Shown in pieces: positions 10,697-21,275 of a stretch of DNA of 64,000 nucleotides; position 1 is the stretch's first letter; each line of letters opens with the position of its first letter. The notes under the pieces are model-generated. The model was not told the origin of the DNA. It was given only the letters and a program-made list of their open reading frames with translations, and made no database searches. The translations under genes and the position numbers were made by a program. Location of the stretch: positions 72,401-136,400 of the forward strand of contig CAYYDR010000002.1 in NCBI GenBank assembly GCA_964470695.1, given 5' to 3'. Source of the stretch: an uncultured Gammaproteobacteria bacterium. GTDB lineage: Bacteria > Patescibacteriota > Patescibacteriia > Patescibacteriales > UBA12465.

Positions 10697-11962
10697 ATGA
10701 ATAAATATAAAATTGATGTATTGTCAAATAAAATTCCTTTGATTAGCGTCCCCATGAAAGGGGCTAAAACAGCCACGGCCTTAGTTATTATTAAGACCGG
10801 GTCTAAATATGAGACTCGTCAAAATAATGGCATTTCTCATTTTCTGGAGCATATGTTCTTTAAAGGGACAGCGCGTCGGCCCAATACCTTAGCTTTATCC
10901 AGTGAGCTTGATTCTCTGGGCGGCGAGTATAATGCTTTCACGGCCAAAGAATTTACTGGTTATTGGGTTAAGGTAGCTGCTCCTAAAATAAAATCAGCTT
11001 TAGATATTATTAGCGATATGCTTTTGCATTCCAAATTTGATGAAGCAGAAATAGAGCGGGAGAAGGGCGTAATTATTGAAGAGTTAAATATGTATGAGGA
11101 CAATCCTCTCATGCATGTGGAGGATATTTTTGAGTCATGTCTCTATGGCGACACACCGGCTGGCTGGGAGACTATCGGCACTAAGACTAATATTCAGAAT
11201 TTTAAACGATCAGATTTTATTAAATATTTAGATTCTCAATATGGCGCTAGAAGTGTTTATATTATTTTAGTCGGTGGGTTTAAAGACGCTGATAAAAAAG
11301 CGGCTGCCAAAATGTTATTGTCTTTCAAAAATAATAAATGGCAGGATAAAATGGTTGTTAAGGATAATCAAAAGACGCCTCAAGTTAAAGTTTCCTATAA
11401 GAAGAATGATCAGATTAATTTGTCGCTTGGCGTTAGAGCCTACCCCGTTGGCCACAAAGAGGAATTTATTGTAAAGTTATTATCAATTATTTTAGGCGGG
11501 TCAATGAGCTCGCGTCTGTTTATTAATTTGCGAGAAAGAAATGGCTTGGCTTATTACGTCAGAACCATGGCTGAAGTCTATTCTGACTCAGGCTATCTAA
11601 CTACTCAGGCCGGCGTGCCGACGGATAAAGCGGCTGCGGCGATTAAAATTATTTTAGCCGAGTATAAAAGATTAACCACAGAGCTAGTTAGCGCTAAGGA
11701 GTTGAAAAGGGCTAAAGATTTATTGCAGGGAAAATCACTATTACAAATGGAAGCGACCGATAACTTGGCCACCTGGTATGCCCGACAGGCGATATTGCGT
11801 AAAAAAATACTAACTCCGGGCGAATTTCTGAAGATAACTAACAAGATTAGTGCGGCAGAATTACGAGCGACAGCTAAAAAAATATTTGTGGATAGGGGCT
11901 TAAATTTAGCGCTTATCGGCCAGGTTAAGGCCGATAAGTTTAAGAAGATTTTGCATTTTTAA
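10697..11962 (+). CDS. M16 family (pitrilysin/insulinase-like) zinc peptidase
   Basis: HFLEHMFFKG contains the inverted zinc motif HxxEH. The 421-aa length fits the family. Confidence 0.85.
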   Translation: MNKYKIDVLSNKIPLISVPMKGAKTATALVIIKTGSKYETRQNNGISHFLEHMFFKGTARRPNTLALSSELDSLGGEYNAFTAKEFTGYWVKVAAPKIKSALDIISDMLLHSKFDEAEIEREKGVIIEELNMYEDNPLMHVEDIFESCLYGDTPAGWETIGTKTNIQNFKRSDFIKYLDSQYGARSVYIILVGGFKDADKKAAAKMLLSFKNNKWQDKMVVKDNQKTPQVKVSYKKNDQINLSLGVRAYPVGHKEEFIVKLLSIILGGSMSSRLFINLRERNGLAYYVRTMAEVYSDSGYLTTQAGVPTDKAAAAIKIILAEYKRLTTELVSAKELKRAKDLLQGKSLLQMEATDNLATWYARQAILRKKILTPGEFLKITNKISAAELRATAKKIFVDRGLNLALIGQVKADKFKKILHF

Positions 11963-11963
11963 T

Positions 11964-13091
11964 ATGCGACTCAGCCATAGTCACTCTCAAATTCTGACTA
12001 TTATAATAATCCTGTCAGCTTTGCTGCCAGGATTATTTTTATTTGGCGACTCGGAGTATGTTACAAATAGCTTCAGTTATAGTTCGTTTATTCCATCGCC
12101 ACTGGCCACAAGCACTAAATCGCCAGGCGCTGGGCTGCCGAAAATAGCTACCACCACTACTTTGAAATTTTTATTTTTTGGCGATTTGATGTTAGACCGT
12201 CACGTGGGAGAGAAATTAGCGGGAAAGAATATTGATTATCTTTTGGGTGATTTAGATAGAGAAGGTAATAGAATATGGTCAGATCTTGATTTAGTCGGCG
12301 CTAATTTAGAAGGGGCAGTGACTGACGGAGGAGCGCACTATAGTCCAGCTATGGCTTATGATTTTGCTTTCACGCCGGAGAGGATTAACGAGTTAAAACA
12401 ATATGGCTTTAATTTTTTTAATTTGGCTAATAATCATATTAGCGATCAGGGCGATAAGGGGTTGCGCGAAACTAGAAATAATTTGCATAAGCTAGAATTT
12501 AATTTCAGTGGCGATGTTGACGCGGCGGTTAGCCAGGAGTCGCTGAAAATTATTAGTATAAAAGAGAAAAAAATTGCTATGTTAGGGCTGTCCATGGTTT
12601 ATCATAATTTTGATTTAGAAGAGGCTAAAAAATTAGTTGATGAGGCGAAAAAGGGATCTGATTTGGTTATCATTAATATCCACTGGGGAACGGAATATCA
12701 ACACCAATTCAGCCGCCAGCAGCAGTCAATCGGGCGTGCTTTGATAGATTCCGGCGCCGATATTATTATTGGCCATCATCCTCATGTAGTTCAGGGGATG
12801 GAAATTTATCAAGGGAAGCCGATATTTTATTCTTTGGGTAATTTCATATTTGACCAATATTTTTCCGCTGATACCCAGCAGGGACTAGCCGTCAGCTTGA
12901 ATATAGGAGATGATAAGACATCGGTTTTTCTTTTTCCTCTCCAAAGCAAAAGCGCAGCAGTCAGTCTCATGGGGGAAGGGGAAAAAACTAAATTTTTAGA
13001 GAAATACGCGGAGTGGTCCGCGGCCGATGACGCTTTAAAAATAGCTATTTTAGAGCAGAAAATAGAAATTAGCGGAGGGCTTGGCAAATAG
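11964..13091 (+). CDS. CapA-family (PGA_cap) metallophosphatase-like protein
   Basis: N-terminal anchor, FFGDLMLDRHV, ANNHISDQG, HWGTEY and GHHPHVVQG motifs characteristic of CapA. Confidence 0.75.
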   Translation: MRLSHSHSQILTIIIILSALLPGLFLFGDSEYVTNSFSYSSFIPSPLATSTKSPGAGLPKIATTTTLKFLFFGDLMLDRHVGEKLAGKNIDYLLGDLDREGNRIWSDLDLVGANLEGAVTDGGAHYSPAMAYDFAFTPERINELKQYGFNFFNLANNHISDQGDKGLRETRNNLHKLEFNFSGDVDAAVSQESLKIISIKEKKIAMLGLSMVYHNFDLEEAKKLVDEAKKGSDLVIINIHWGTEYQHQFSRQQQSIGRALIDSGADIIIGHHPHVVQGMEIYQGKPIFYSLGNFIFDQYFSADTQQGLAVSLNIGDDKTSVFLFPLQSKSAAVSLMGEGEKTKFLEKYAEWSAADDALKIAILEQKIEISGGLGK

Positions 13092-13115
13092 CTTTAAAGC
13101 TTATAAGATTAAGAT

Positions 13116-16100
13116 ATGTCAGAATTGCTCAAAAATTTAAATAATGCCCAGAAGGCCGCCGTTATCCATGATAAGGGCCCGCTTTTAATTGTGGCGGGGG
13201 CTGGTACCGGAAAAACCACGGTTTTAATTAACCGGCTGGCCTATTTAATTTTGGAAAAGAAAATCAAGACTGAGGAAATTTTACTTTTGACTTTTACGGA
13301 AAAAGCCGCCGGCGAAATGGAGGAAAGGGCCGATCGGATTTTGCCTTATGGATACACTGATTTATGGATTAATACTTTTCATGGTTTTGGCGAAAGAGTC
13401 TTGCGGGAATTCGGTTTAGATATAGGCCTAAGCGCCAGTTTCAAACTTTTAACTGAGACTGAGCAATGGGTTTTGATTAAGAAAAACTTCAGTCGTTTTG
13501 ATTTGGATTATTATCGCCCGCTAGGCAATCCAACTAAATTTATTTCCGAGCTCATACGCCACTTTTCCCGTTTAAAGGACGAAAATATTTCGCCAGCGGA
13601 GTATTTGCGCTACGCGGAAGAGATTGAATCGGATCAGGATAGTCGTTTAAGCGGCCGGCCGGTGGCTAAAAAGGTAAAGATAATGCCTGTTAAAAAGACT
13701 AATTCTAAAATTAAGAAAGAAACGGCCAGTCCCAAAGATGCCGAGCCTGACGATGAGGGAGAAGAATTAGAAATCGGTCGCCTTAAGGAGCTGGCTAATG
13801 CTTATCATACTTATAATCAACTTTTATTAGAAAATAATTTTTTAGATTTTGGCGATTTAATAATTTATGCTTTAAAGCTGTTTAAAGAAAGGCCAAATAT
13901 TCTTAAATTTTATCGCCAGAAATTCCAATACATCATGGTTGATGAGTTTCAGGATACTAATTTCGCCCAATATGAACTAGTGAGGCTGTTAGCCGCCCCG
14001 CATAATAATTTAGTGGTAGTGGGCGATGATGATCAGGCTATTTATAAGTTTAGAGGAGCCTCTTTGTCTAATATTATGCAGTTTAAGGATGACTATAAAT
14101 CAGCGGCGGAGATTATTTTAACTGCCAATTATCGGTCTAGACAGGAAATTTTGGATCACGCTTATAAATTCATCCAACATAACAATCCTAATCGTTTAGA
14201 AACTAAGTTGAAAATAAATAAGCAGCTAGAAGCTAAAGGAGAAATCAATCAGCGGGCTGATTCGACTTCCTCGGTTCGTTTTTTAAATCTCACTAATCAG
14301 GATGAGGAAATATCTTTTGTAGCTCAGGAGATAAAATCTTTATATAAAGAAGGCGGTGGTGAAGTCGCTTGGTCGGATTTTGCTATTTTGGTGCGGGCCA
14401 ATGATACAGCTGAGCCTTATGTTAAAGAGCTTAACCGCCAGAATATTCCCAATCAGTTCATGTCTTGGCGCGGTTTGTATTACAAGCCGATTATTTTAGA
14501 TATTCTCGCCTATTTACGTTTGTTAGATAATTACCATGAGTCGTCCGCTTTGTTCAGAGTTCTAAACATGGAGGCTTTTAAAGTCGCTCATTTAGATTTG
14601 GTTAATATTAATAAGATGGCGGCGCGTAAAGTCTGGTCTTTGTATGAAGCGCTCAAGAATATTAGCGCCATCCCAGGGATAAGCGCGGAGAGTATTAAAA
14701 ATATTAATAAGTTAATAGGATTTTTGCATCAGCATTCTCTATTAACAGCCACCGCTAAGCCGACCAAAATATTTTTACATTTTGCTTATGATTCCGGCCT
14801 GCTGGCCGGGCTAGATAGGGATAGAGATTTAGAATTATTTTCTTATTTAAACCAATTTTATCAAAAAATAAAAAAGCTGGAGGAAACCGAGCCGGATTTA
14901 CGTCTAAAGGATTTTTTGGCGGCCATGAACTTGGAATTAGAAGCGGGAGAAACCGGAGCCTTAAAGTTAGATTTTGCTGATAGCGATGTCGTCAGAATTA
15001 TGACGGTCCACGGCGCCAAGGGCCTGGAGTTTAAGTATGTCTTTTTAGTTAATTTAGTTGATAAAAAATTTCCGACTATTACTAGAAACGAAAAAATATC
15101 TATCCCCGACGCTTTAGTCAGAGAAAAGGTTGAGGCTAGTCCGGATATTCATTTAGAAGAAGAGCGTCGTTTATTTTATGTAGCAGCGACTCGCGCTAAG
15201 GATAGGTTGTATCTTACTGGCGCTAAAGATTACGGCGGTGCGCGAGAAAAGAAACCGTCGCGGTTTATCGGCGAGATGGGATTAACCAGCGAGATTGCTC
15301 CTGAACTTACGCTAAGCGAGAAAAATGAGTTTTTACGTGATTTGCATTATTTAAACGCTAGAGAAATTGAAGTAGAGGCGGGCCGGAAAGATAACTCTGA
15401 CTTAGAAACGCAGTACCCCTTGCCAAGTAAATTTTCTTTTTCGCAATTAGCCGCCTTTTCTACCTGCCCCTTGCAGTATAAGTTTGCTTTTATCCTAAAA
15501 ATTCCCGCCTCAACTGATAAGTCTAGTTTGATTTTTGGCCGCATCATGCATAACACTCTTTATAATTTTCTTTTGCCATTTTTAAGCGATCACCAATCAG
15601 TCCAGAAAGGTTTGTTTGATGCTTTAATTAGTGAAATAGATGGTAAGGGCGGAAAAAATAAGAATCATCAGCCCGACCTATTGACTGAGAAGCGTCTAAT
15701 GGAGATTTATGAGGAATTCTGGCAGCCCGATGGCTATCAGGACAAGGCGGAACGGGATAAGTATAAAATTAAAGGAAAGGAATCTTTAAAGAAATTTCTG
15801 GCTGCTTATAGGCAAGAAGCTCCGGCGGAAATTTTGTTTTTGGAAAAGAGATTTTCGTTCAAAATCGGCCAGGACATTATTAAGGGGGCGATTGATAGGG
15901 TTGATAAGCTCAGCGACGGCACCTTAGAAGTAGTTGATTACAAAACGGGCCAGGCTAAAACAAAATTAGAGTTTAAAGATAAGCGGCAATTAATTTTATA
16001 TCAGTTATTCTTGGAGGAATTTTTAGGCTTAAAAGTTAGTCGTCTCAGTTATTATTATTTAGAAAACGGTGAAAAATTTTCTTTCGCGGCGACTGAAAAG

Positions 16101-16232
16101 GATATTACTAAGTTGCAGCTAGAAGTTAGAGAAGAAATTGCTGCTATTAAGAAGCGAAATTTTGCGCCTACTCCTTCCCGCATGTGCGGTTTTTGCGATT
16201 TTAATTCTATTTGTGAATTTAGGGAAGTTTAA
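13116..16232 (+). CDS. UvrD/PcrA-type superfamily 1 helicase fused to a C-terminal PD-(D/E)XK nuclease with a Cys cluster (AddA/AddB-like)
   Basis: Walker [31 protein letters not shown] and [10 protein letters not shown] helicase motifs. The C-terminal nuclease region has [10 protein letters not shown] ... DRVD..VVDYKTG ... [10 protein letters not shown]. Confidence 0.85.
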   Translation: MSELLKNLNNAQKAAVIHDKGPLLIVAGAGTGKTTVLINRLAYLILEKKIKTEEILLLTFTEKAAGEMEERADRILPYGYTDLWINTFHGFGERVLREFGLDIGLSASFKLLTETEQWVLIKKNFSRFDLDYYRPLGNPTKFISELIRHFSRLKDENISPAEYLRYAEEIESDQDSRLSGRPVAKKVKIMPVKKTNSKIKKETASPKDAEPDDEGEELEIGRLKELANAYHTYNQLLLENNFLDFGDLIIYALKLFKERPNILKFYRQKFQYIMVDEFQDTNFAQYELVRLLAAPHNNLVVVGDDDQAIYKFRGASLSNIMQFKDDYKSAAEIILTANYRSRQEILDHAYKFIQHNNPNRLETKLKINKQLEAKGEINQRADSTSSVRFLNLTNQDEEISFVAQEIKSLYKEGGGEVAWSDFAILVRANDTAEPYVKELNRQNIPNQFMSWRGLYYKPIILDILAYLRLLDNYHESSALFRVLNMEAFKVAHLDLVNINKMAARKVWSLYEALKNISAIPGISAESIKNINKLIGFLHQHSLLTATAKPTKIFLHFAYDSGLLAGLDRDRDLELFSYLNQFYQKIKKLEETEPDLRLKDFLAAMNLELEAGETGALKLDFADSDVVRIMTVHGAKGLEFKYVFLVNLVDKKFPTITRNEKISIPDALVREKVEASPDIHLEEERRLFYVAATRAKDRLYLTGAKDYGGAREKKPSRFIGEMGLTSEIAPELTLSEKNEFLRDLHYLNAREIEVEAGRKDNSDLETQYPLPSKFSFSQLAAFSTCPLQYKFAFILKIPASTDKSSLIFGRIMHNTLYNFLLPFLSDHQSVQKGLFDALISEIDGKGGKNKNHQPDLLTEKRLMEIYEEFWQPDGYQDKAERDKYKIKGKESLKKFLAAYRQEAPAEILFLEKRFSFKIGQDIIKGAIDRVDKLSDGTLEVVDYKTGQAKTKLEFKDKRQLILYQLFLEEFLGLKVSRLSYYYLENGEKFSFAATEKDITKLQLEVREEIAAIKKRNFAPTPSRMCGFCDFNSICEFREV

Positions 16233-16242
16233 TAATTACTAT

Positions 16243-17274
16243 ATGAAATCCAACAATACTAATTCCGACCGTCTCATTAGTCCGATTGAACGCCAAGGCG
16301 ACTCCGCCCTAGATTTGTCTTTACGCCCTAAGACTTTAAAGGAATATGTCGGTCAAGAAAAAGTAAAGCAAAATTTAGAGATTACTATCGCAGCGGCCAA
16401 GAAGCGGGGCGAACCGATTGAGCACGTTTTACTTTATGGCGCCCCGGGTCTAGGCAAGACAACTTTAGCCCATGTTATCGCTAATGAAATCGGAGCTAAT
16501 ATCCGCGTCACTTCCGGGCCGGCGATTGAGAAGAGCGGTGATTTAGCGGCGATTCTCACTAATTTAGAGCCAGGCGATATTTTATTTATTGATGAAATTC
16601 ATCGTTTGCCAAAGACGGTTGAAGAAATTTTGTATCCGGCCATGGAAGATTATGCTTTAGATATTATTATGGGCAAGGGGCCGAGCGCTCGGACCCTGCG
16701 TTTAGATCTGCCAAAATTTACGATTATCGGGGCCACTACTTTAGCTAGCTTGTTATCAGCTCCTTTGCGTGATCGCTTCGGAGTAAACCATCATCTGAAT
16801 TTTTATGAAGCTAATGATATTGAAAAAATTATTACGCGCAGCGCGGGCATATTAGGGATTAAAATTGATGCAGCGGCCACTAAGGAAATCGCGGCGCGCA
16901 GCCGCCGGACCCCCCGCATTGCTAACCGTCTCCTTAAGCGGGTACGCGACTACTGCGAAGTAAAAGGCGACGGTTTAATTTCTTTGCCTATTAGTTTAGA
17001 AGCTTTTAAAATGCTGGAGGTTGATGAACTCGGCTTGGATTTAATTGATAGGAGAATACTGGAGATTATTATTGAGAAATTTAAGGGCGGGCCGGTCGGA
17101 CTTAATACTTTATCGGCTGCGACAGGCGAAGAAGCGGATACGATTGAAAATATTTATGAGCCGTATTTAATGCAGCTAGGGTTTTTAGATCGTTCGCCGC
17201 GCGGACGGATAGCTACCGCTTTAGGTTATCAGCATCTTGGTTTAAAAGAACGGGGCACGGGAAAGCTCATATAA
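16243..17274 (+). CDS. ruvB: Holliday junction branch migration helicase RuvB
   Basis: [16 protein letters not shown], Walker [10 protein letters not shown], and FIDEIHRL. I moved the start to ATG 16243, because the track's 16138 start lies inside the upstream helicase gene. Confidence 0.92.
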   Translation: MKSNNTNSDRLISPIERQGDSALDLSLRPKTLKEYVGQEKVKQNLEITIAAAKKRGEPIEHVLLYGAPGLGKTTLAHVIANEIGANIRVTSGPAIEKSGDLAAILTNLEPGDILFIDEIHRLPKTVEEILYPAMEDYALDIIMGKGPSARTLRLDLPKFTIIGATTLASLLSAPLRDRFGVNHHLNFYEANDIEKIITRSAGILGIKIDAAATKEIAARSRRTPRIANRLLKRVRDYCEVKGDGLISLPISLEAFKMLEVDELGLDLIDRRILEIIIEKFKGGPVGLNTLSAATGEEADTIENIYEPYLMQLGFLDRSPRGRIATALGYQHLGLKERGTGKLI

Positions 17275-17277
17275 TTT

Positions 17278-17874
17278 ATGATTGATTATAAGCTAGTAAT
17301 AGGGATAGTCGCTTCAGCGCTGGGTCTGGCTGGGTATATCCCTTATTTTTTTGGCATTATTAAGGGAAAAACTAAACCCCATGTTTTTTCTTGGTTAGTT
17401 TGGAGTCTTCTAGAAGGAATTGCTTTTTTTGCCCAAATTTCTGGCGGGGCTGGTTCGGGAGCCATGGTAGCTGGCACTTCGGCTCTCTTTTGTTTAGTCA
17501 TTACTATTACCGCCCTATTCAGAGGAGAAAAAAATATTACCCGTTTTGATTGGCTAGCTTTTTTTGGCGCTTTGGCTGGTCTAACGTTATGGATAATTAC
17601 CAAGGACCCCCTAACAGCTGTAGTGCTCATAACTATTACTGATGTACTTGTTTTCGCTCCGACTTTTCGTAAATCTTATTACAAGCCTGATGAAGAGGTG
17701 GCCGCCTCTTATTTTATTGCGGCTATTCGTTTGGCGCTTAGCCTGCTAGCTATGGGTAATTTTAATTTAGTGACCGCTCTTTACCCAGCTTCTTTAGTTG
17801 TTTCTAATAGTATTTTTATAACCATGTTATATTTCCGTCGCCAGGCTTTAAATAAGCGAGGCGCTAACTCATAA
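17278..17874 (+). CDS. polytopic membrane protein of unknown family (paralog of 63052-63627)
   Basis: Six to seven TM helices and a conserved GYIPYF..I.K.KTKPH.FSW motif shared with the ORF at 63052. Confidence 0.6.
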   Translation: MIDYKLVIGIVASALGLAGYIPYFFGIIKGKTKPHVFSWLVWSLLEGIAFFAQISGGAGSGAMVAGTSALFCLVITITALFRGEKNITRFDWLAFFGALAGLTLWIITKDPLTAVVLITITDVLVFAPTFRKSYYKPDEEVAASYFIAAIRLALSLLAMGNFNLVTALYPASLVVSNSIFITMLYFRRQALNKRGANS

Positions 17875-17891
17875 AATTATATAAATATATT

Positions 17892-18929
17892 ATGTATAAG
17901 GTGTCAGATTTTGATTATAATTTGCCGAGTGAGCTTATTGCACAAAAACCGATTAGACCGCGAGACCACTCGCGTCTTTTAACGCTTAATAAAAAAACGG
18001 GGCAGTTAGAGCATAAGCATTTCTATGATATCTTGAATTATTTTAAACCAGGCGATGTCTTAATTTTAAATAATTCCCGGGTTTTTCCGGCACGGCTTAT
18101 CGGACATAAGATGGGAACTGGCGGCGCAGTAGAAATTTTTTTGCATCGGAAATTAGAAGGAACAAGATTAGGCGATGTTTGGGAGTGTTTAGTCGGCGGT
18201 CGGGTTAAGGTTGGAACAATAGTAGTTTTTCCAAATTTGCGGGCGGAAATAATAGAAAATAATGAAGATGGCACCTGGCAAGTCAAGTTTAACTTAAGGG
18301 GATCTAACTTTTTTAAAGTTATCAATAAGATTGGTGAAGTGCCCTTGCCGCCTTATATTAAAAGGAACAAGCGGCTAGTTAGTGATAAAAATAATTATCA
18401 AACTGTTTTTGCCGACAAATATAAAATCGGTTCAGCCGCCGCGCCTACAGCCGGGCTGCACTTTACTAAAAAGCTACTAGCTAAAATAAAAGATCGCGGG
18501 GTGCGTATTGTGTATGTAACTCTTCATGTCGGACTTGGCACTTTTGCTCCTGTTAAAACCGCTAAAATTAAGGATCATAAGATGCATAGCGAGTTTGCGG
18601 AAATAAGTGATCGGTCGGTTCGCCTTATATTAGAGGCTAAAAAATCAGGCGGGCGGATTATTGCAGTCGGCACGACTAGCTGTCGCGCTTTAGAATCGGC
18701 GGATTGGCGTAAATCAGGGCAATCATTTTGGACTAATATTTTTATCTATCCTGGCTATCGCTTTAACATTGTTGATGCCTTAATTACTAACTTTCATTTG
18801 CCAAAATCCACTCTCATAATGCTGGTTAGCGCTTTAGCCGGCAAGAATAAGATTGACAAAGCCTATCAAGAGGCCGTAAAGCATAAGTACCGCTTCTTTA
18901 GTTATGGCGATGCTATGCTTATTTATTAA
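17892..18929 (+). CDS. queA: S-adenosylmethionine:tRNA ribosyltransferase-isomerase
   Basis: FDYNLPSELIAQKPIRPRDHSRLL, PLPPYIKR and a VGTTSCRALES ... FFSYGDAML C-terminus. Confidence 0.92.
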   Translation: MYKVSDFDYNLPSELIAQKPIRPRDHSRLLTLNKKTGQLEHKHFYDILNYFKPGDVLILNNSRVFPARLIGHKMGTGGAVEIFLHRKLEGTRLGDVWECLVGGRVKVGTIVVFPNLRAEIIENNEDGTWQVKFNLRGSNFFKVINKIGEVPLPPYIKRNKRLVSDKNNYQTVFADKYKIGSAAAPTAGLHFTKKLLAKIKDRGVRIVYVTLHVGLGTFAPVKTAKIKDHKMHSEFAEISDRSVRLILEAKKSGGRIIAVGTTSCRALESADWRKSGQSFWTNIFIYPGYRFNIVDALITNFHLPKSTLIMLVSALAGKNKIDKAYQEAVKHKYRFFSYGDAMLIY

Positions 18930-19025
18930 ATATTAGTTAAATTAGGTCATTTGATTTTTTTGCTATTTTCTGATATATTGGAAGCTAATCGGCGTTTGTC
19001 ATAATTTGGAAAATTGTCTTAATAT

Positions 19026-19595
19026 ATGAAGAAATTTTTTCTTTTTGTTTGGGAAATAACTAAGGTGGTCTTTATTTCACTGGCCATTATATTGCCAGTT
19101 AGATACTATTTAATTCAGCCCTTCTATGTTAAAGGGGCATCCATGGAACCGAATTTTCATGACCATGAATACTTGATTATTGATGAAATTAGTTATCGTT
19201 TTACGCCGCCAGTACGCGGGCAGGTCATAGTTTTCCGCTATCCGCGCGACCCTCAAGAATATTTTATTAAAAGGATAATCGGTCTGCCGGGAGAGGAAGT
19301 CCAAATCAAGGATGGCCAAATAATAATTTTTAATTCCGTTCATCCCGAAGGGATTACTCTAGAGGAAAAATATTTACCAGCTGATTTGGCGACCTATGCC
19401 TCTAGCGATCTTAAAATCGCGGTTGGCCCCGATGAATATTTTGTTTTAGGTGATAACCGCAATGCCTCTAAAGATTCGCGTAGCTTTGGCCCGGTTAATA
19501 AAAGTTTTGTAACTGGTAAAGTTTTGTTCCGCGGTTGGCCAGTTAATGAAATGACATTTTTTACTAAAGATTCTTGGCCGCAATATAATTATTAA
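19026..19595 (+). CDS. lepB: signal peptidase I
   Basis: An N-terminal TM, the catalytic Ser box GASMEPN, the Lys box KRIIGLPGE, and GDNRNASKDSR. Confidence 0.88.
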   Translation: MKKFFLFVWEITKVVFISLAIILPVRYYLIQPFYVKGASMEPNFHDHEYLIIDEISYRFTPPVRGQVIVFRYPRDPQEYFIKRIIGLPGEEVQIKDGQIIIFNSVHPEGITLEEKYLPADLATYASSDLKIAVGPDEYFVLGDNRNASKDSRSFGPVNKSFVTGKVLFRGWPVNEMTFFTKDSWPQYNY

Positions 19596-19600
19596 AATCT

Positions 19601-20983
19601 ATGCCTAGACGTAAGAAAAATCAGGCCGAAGCGCCTAAAAAGATAGAAAAAAGGAGTGAAAAAATCCCGCCTCGCCTTTTAGGCATGAAAGATTGGGTAG
19701 CCTCTGAAGGGCGCTATTTTGAATCAATCATAAATACGGCCAATAAGTTCGCGAAGCTGTATAGTTTTTCTCCAATTAAGACGCCGCTTCTAGAGAGCCA
19801 TGATTTATATAAAAAATCCACTCGCCGTAATACTGAGAAGGAATTTTATTTTGTGGATGGAGAAAAAAGTGAAAAGATGATGCTACGGCCAGAGATTACT
19901 CAGGGTATAGTTCGGTCATATTTAGAAAATAATTTAGGCGAAGGTGGACTGCCTTCAAGATTATTCTCAGTCGGCCCAGTGTTCAGGCGCGAAAAATTAC
20001 AGTCGGGCCATTATCGCGAATCCACCCAGTTTGACTTAGAAATTATTGGTGAAAATAAGCCCTTGGCCGAAGCCTTATTAATTACGGTTGCTAATAATTT
20101 TTTTGCCGAGTTGCAGATTAAAGTGCAGGTGCAAATTAACAGTATTGGTTCGGCTGAATGTCGCCGTGAATACTGCACTAAGCTATTAGCTTTCTATAAG
20201 GAGAGAGGGAGACGGTCTAAGCTGTGCCATCAATGTAAAAATAATTTAGGACGCAGTTGCCTTAGTTTATTAGATTGCCAAGAAGATGATTGTGTTAGCA
20301 TAAGAGAAGAGGCGCCGCAAATTGCTGATTATCTATCAGCGGAAAGCCGCGAACATTTTGCTAAAACATTAGAATTTCTTGATGAGTTAAATATTAGTTA
20401 TAATTTTAATCCTCATTTAGTGCGCGGTCTAAACTATTATAATGATACGGTCTTTGAATTTTGGCCGATTAATGAGGAAGGCGCTCTAGTTGGTAAATTG
20501 GCTTTGGGCGGCGGCGGCCGTTACGATTCTCTAGTAGAAGCTATGGGCGGGCAGTCCACGCCGGCCATAGGTCTCGCGATTGGCCTAGAAAGAACCTTGT
20601 CAAAAGTTAAGGATAAACATCTCTTGATAAATTCTCCAGAAGAGGATATAGTGTTCATTGCTCAACTGGGCGATCAGGCCAAGCTTAAGTCTTTACAGCT
20701 TTTTGATGAATTAAGACATGCCGGGTTTAATGTTAGGCAGTCATTTGTCTCAGATAGCCTAAAGGTGCAGCTAGAGGAAGCAGTAGCAATGAGAGCAAAA
20801 ACTAGTCTAATATTAGGAAGAAAAGAGATAATGGATGGAACTATTTTGATGCGCGATATGGATTCCGGAGCTCAAGAAACGGTAGTTTATAAGAAAATTA
20901 AAGAAAGATTAGCTAAAAAAGACAAATTAATAGAAAAAAAAGTTATTAATAGAAAGGAGGGTGGATTATATGGCGGATTTTAA
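19601..20983 (+). CDS. hisS: histidine--tRNA ligase
   Basis: Class II motifs (MLRPEITQGIVRSY, FRREKLQSGHYRESTQFDLEIIG, GGGGRYDSL) and a C-terminal anticodon-binding domain. Confidence 0.9.
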   Translation: MPRRKKNQAEAPKKIEKRSEKIPPRLLGMKDWVASEGRYFESIINTANKFAKLYSFSPIKTPLLESHDLYKKSTRRNTEKEFYFVDGEKSEKMMLRPEITQGIVRSYLENNLGEGGLPSRLFSVGPVFRREKLQSGHYRESTQFDLEIIGENKPLAEALLITVANNFFAELQIKVQVQINSIGSAECRREYCTKLLAFYKERGRRSKLCHQCKNNLGRSCLSLLDCQEDDCVSIREEAPQIADYLSAESREHFAKTLEFLDELNISYNFNPHLVRGLNYYNDTVFEFWPINEEGALVGKLALGGGGRYDSLVEAMGGQSTPAIGLAIGLERTLSKVKDKHLLINSPEEDIVFIAQLGDQAKLKSLQLFDELRHAGFNVRQSFVSDSLKVQLEEAVAMRAKTSLILGRKEIMDGTILMRDMDSGAQETVVYKKIKERLAKKDKLIEKKVINRKEGGLYGGF

Positions 20984-21203
20984 AAGAAAACCAGGGGAAA
21001 GCTTTGAAAGCTTTTTAAGAAAATTTAAAAAGGGCTTGAAGAATAGCAAGCGCCTAGAGAAGGCGCGCTCTATACAGCACTTAGAGCCGAAGCAGACTAA
21101 GCAAAAGCAAAAGAAGCACGCCCTAACCGGCTTGGCTTTACGTAAAAAGAATGAATATTTGCGTAAAATTGGCAAATTACCGGAAAGCAATATGCGCCCC
21201 TAA
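20970..21203 (+). CDS. rpsU: 30S ribosomal protein bS21
   Basis: ESFESFLRKFKKGLKNSKRLEKARSIQHLEPKQTKQKQKK matches the S21 pattern. AGGAGG at 20955-20960 lies 9 nt before ATG 20970. The track's GTG 20961 start was rejected. Confidence 0.7.
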   Translation: MADFKRKPGESFESFLRKFKKGLKNSKRLEKARSIQHLEPKQTKQKQKKHALTGLALRKKNEYLRKIGKLPESNMRP

Positions 21204-21242
21204 TTTATTTAGTTGAGATTATAATTACTCATCTATAAAGAT

Positions 21243-21275
21243 AAGAGCTACCTAATTGGTAGCTCTTATTTTTTG
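21243..21275. terminator. hairpin terminator between convergent rpsU and rel
   Basis: AAGAGCTACC (21243-21252) pairs with GGTAGCTCTT (21258-21267), followed by ATTTTTT. It overlaps the last codons of rel. Confidence 0.55.

Noticed and set aside
16138-16242. Track start of ruvB at 16138, overlapping the helicase gene by 95 nt.
   Set aside because: The extension ([19 protein letters not shown]...) is the alternative frame of the helicase C-terminus. RuvB homology begins after ATG 16243.
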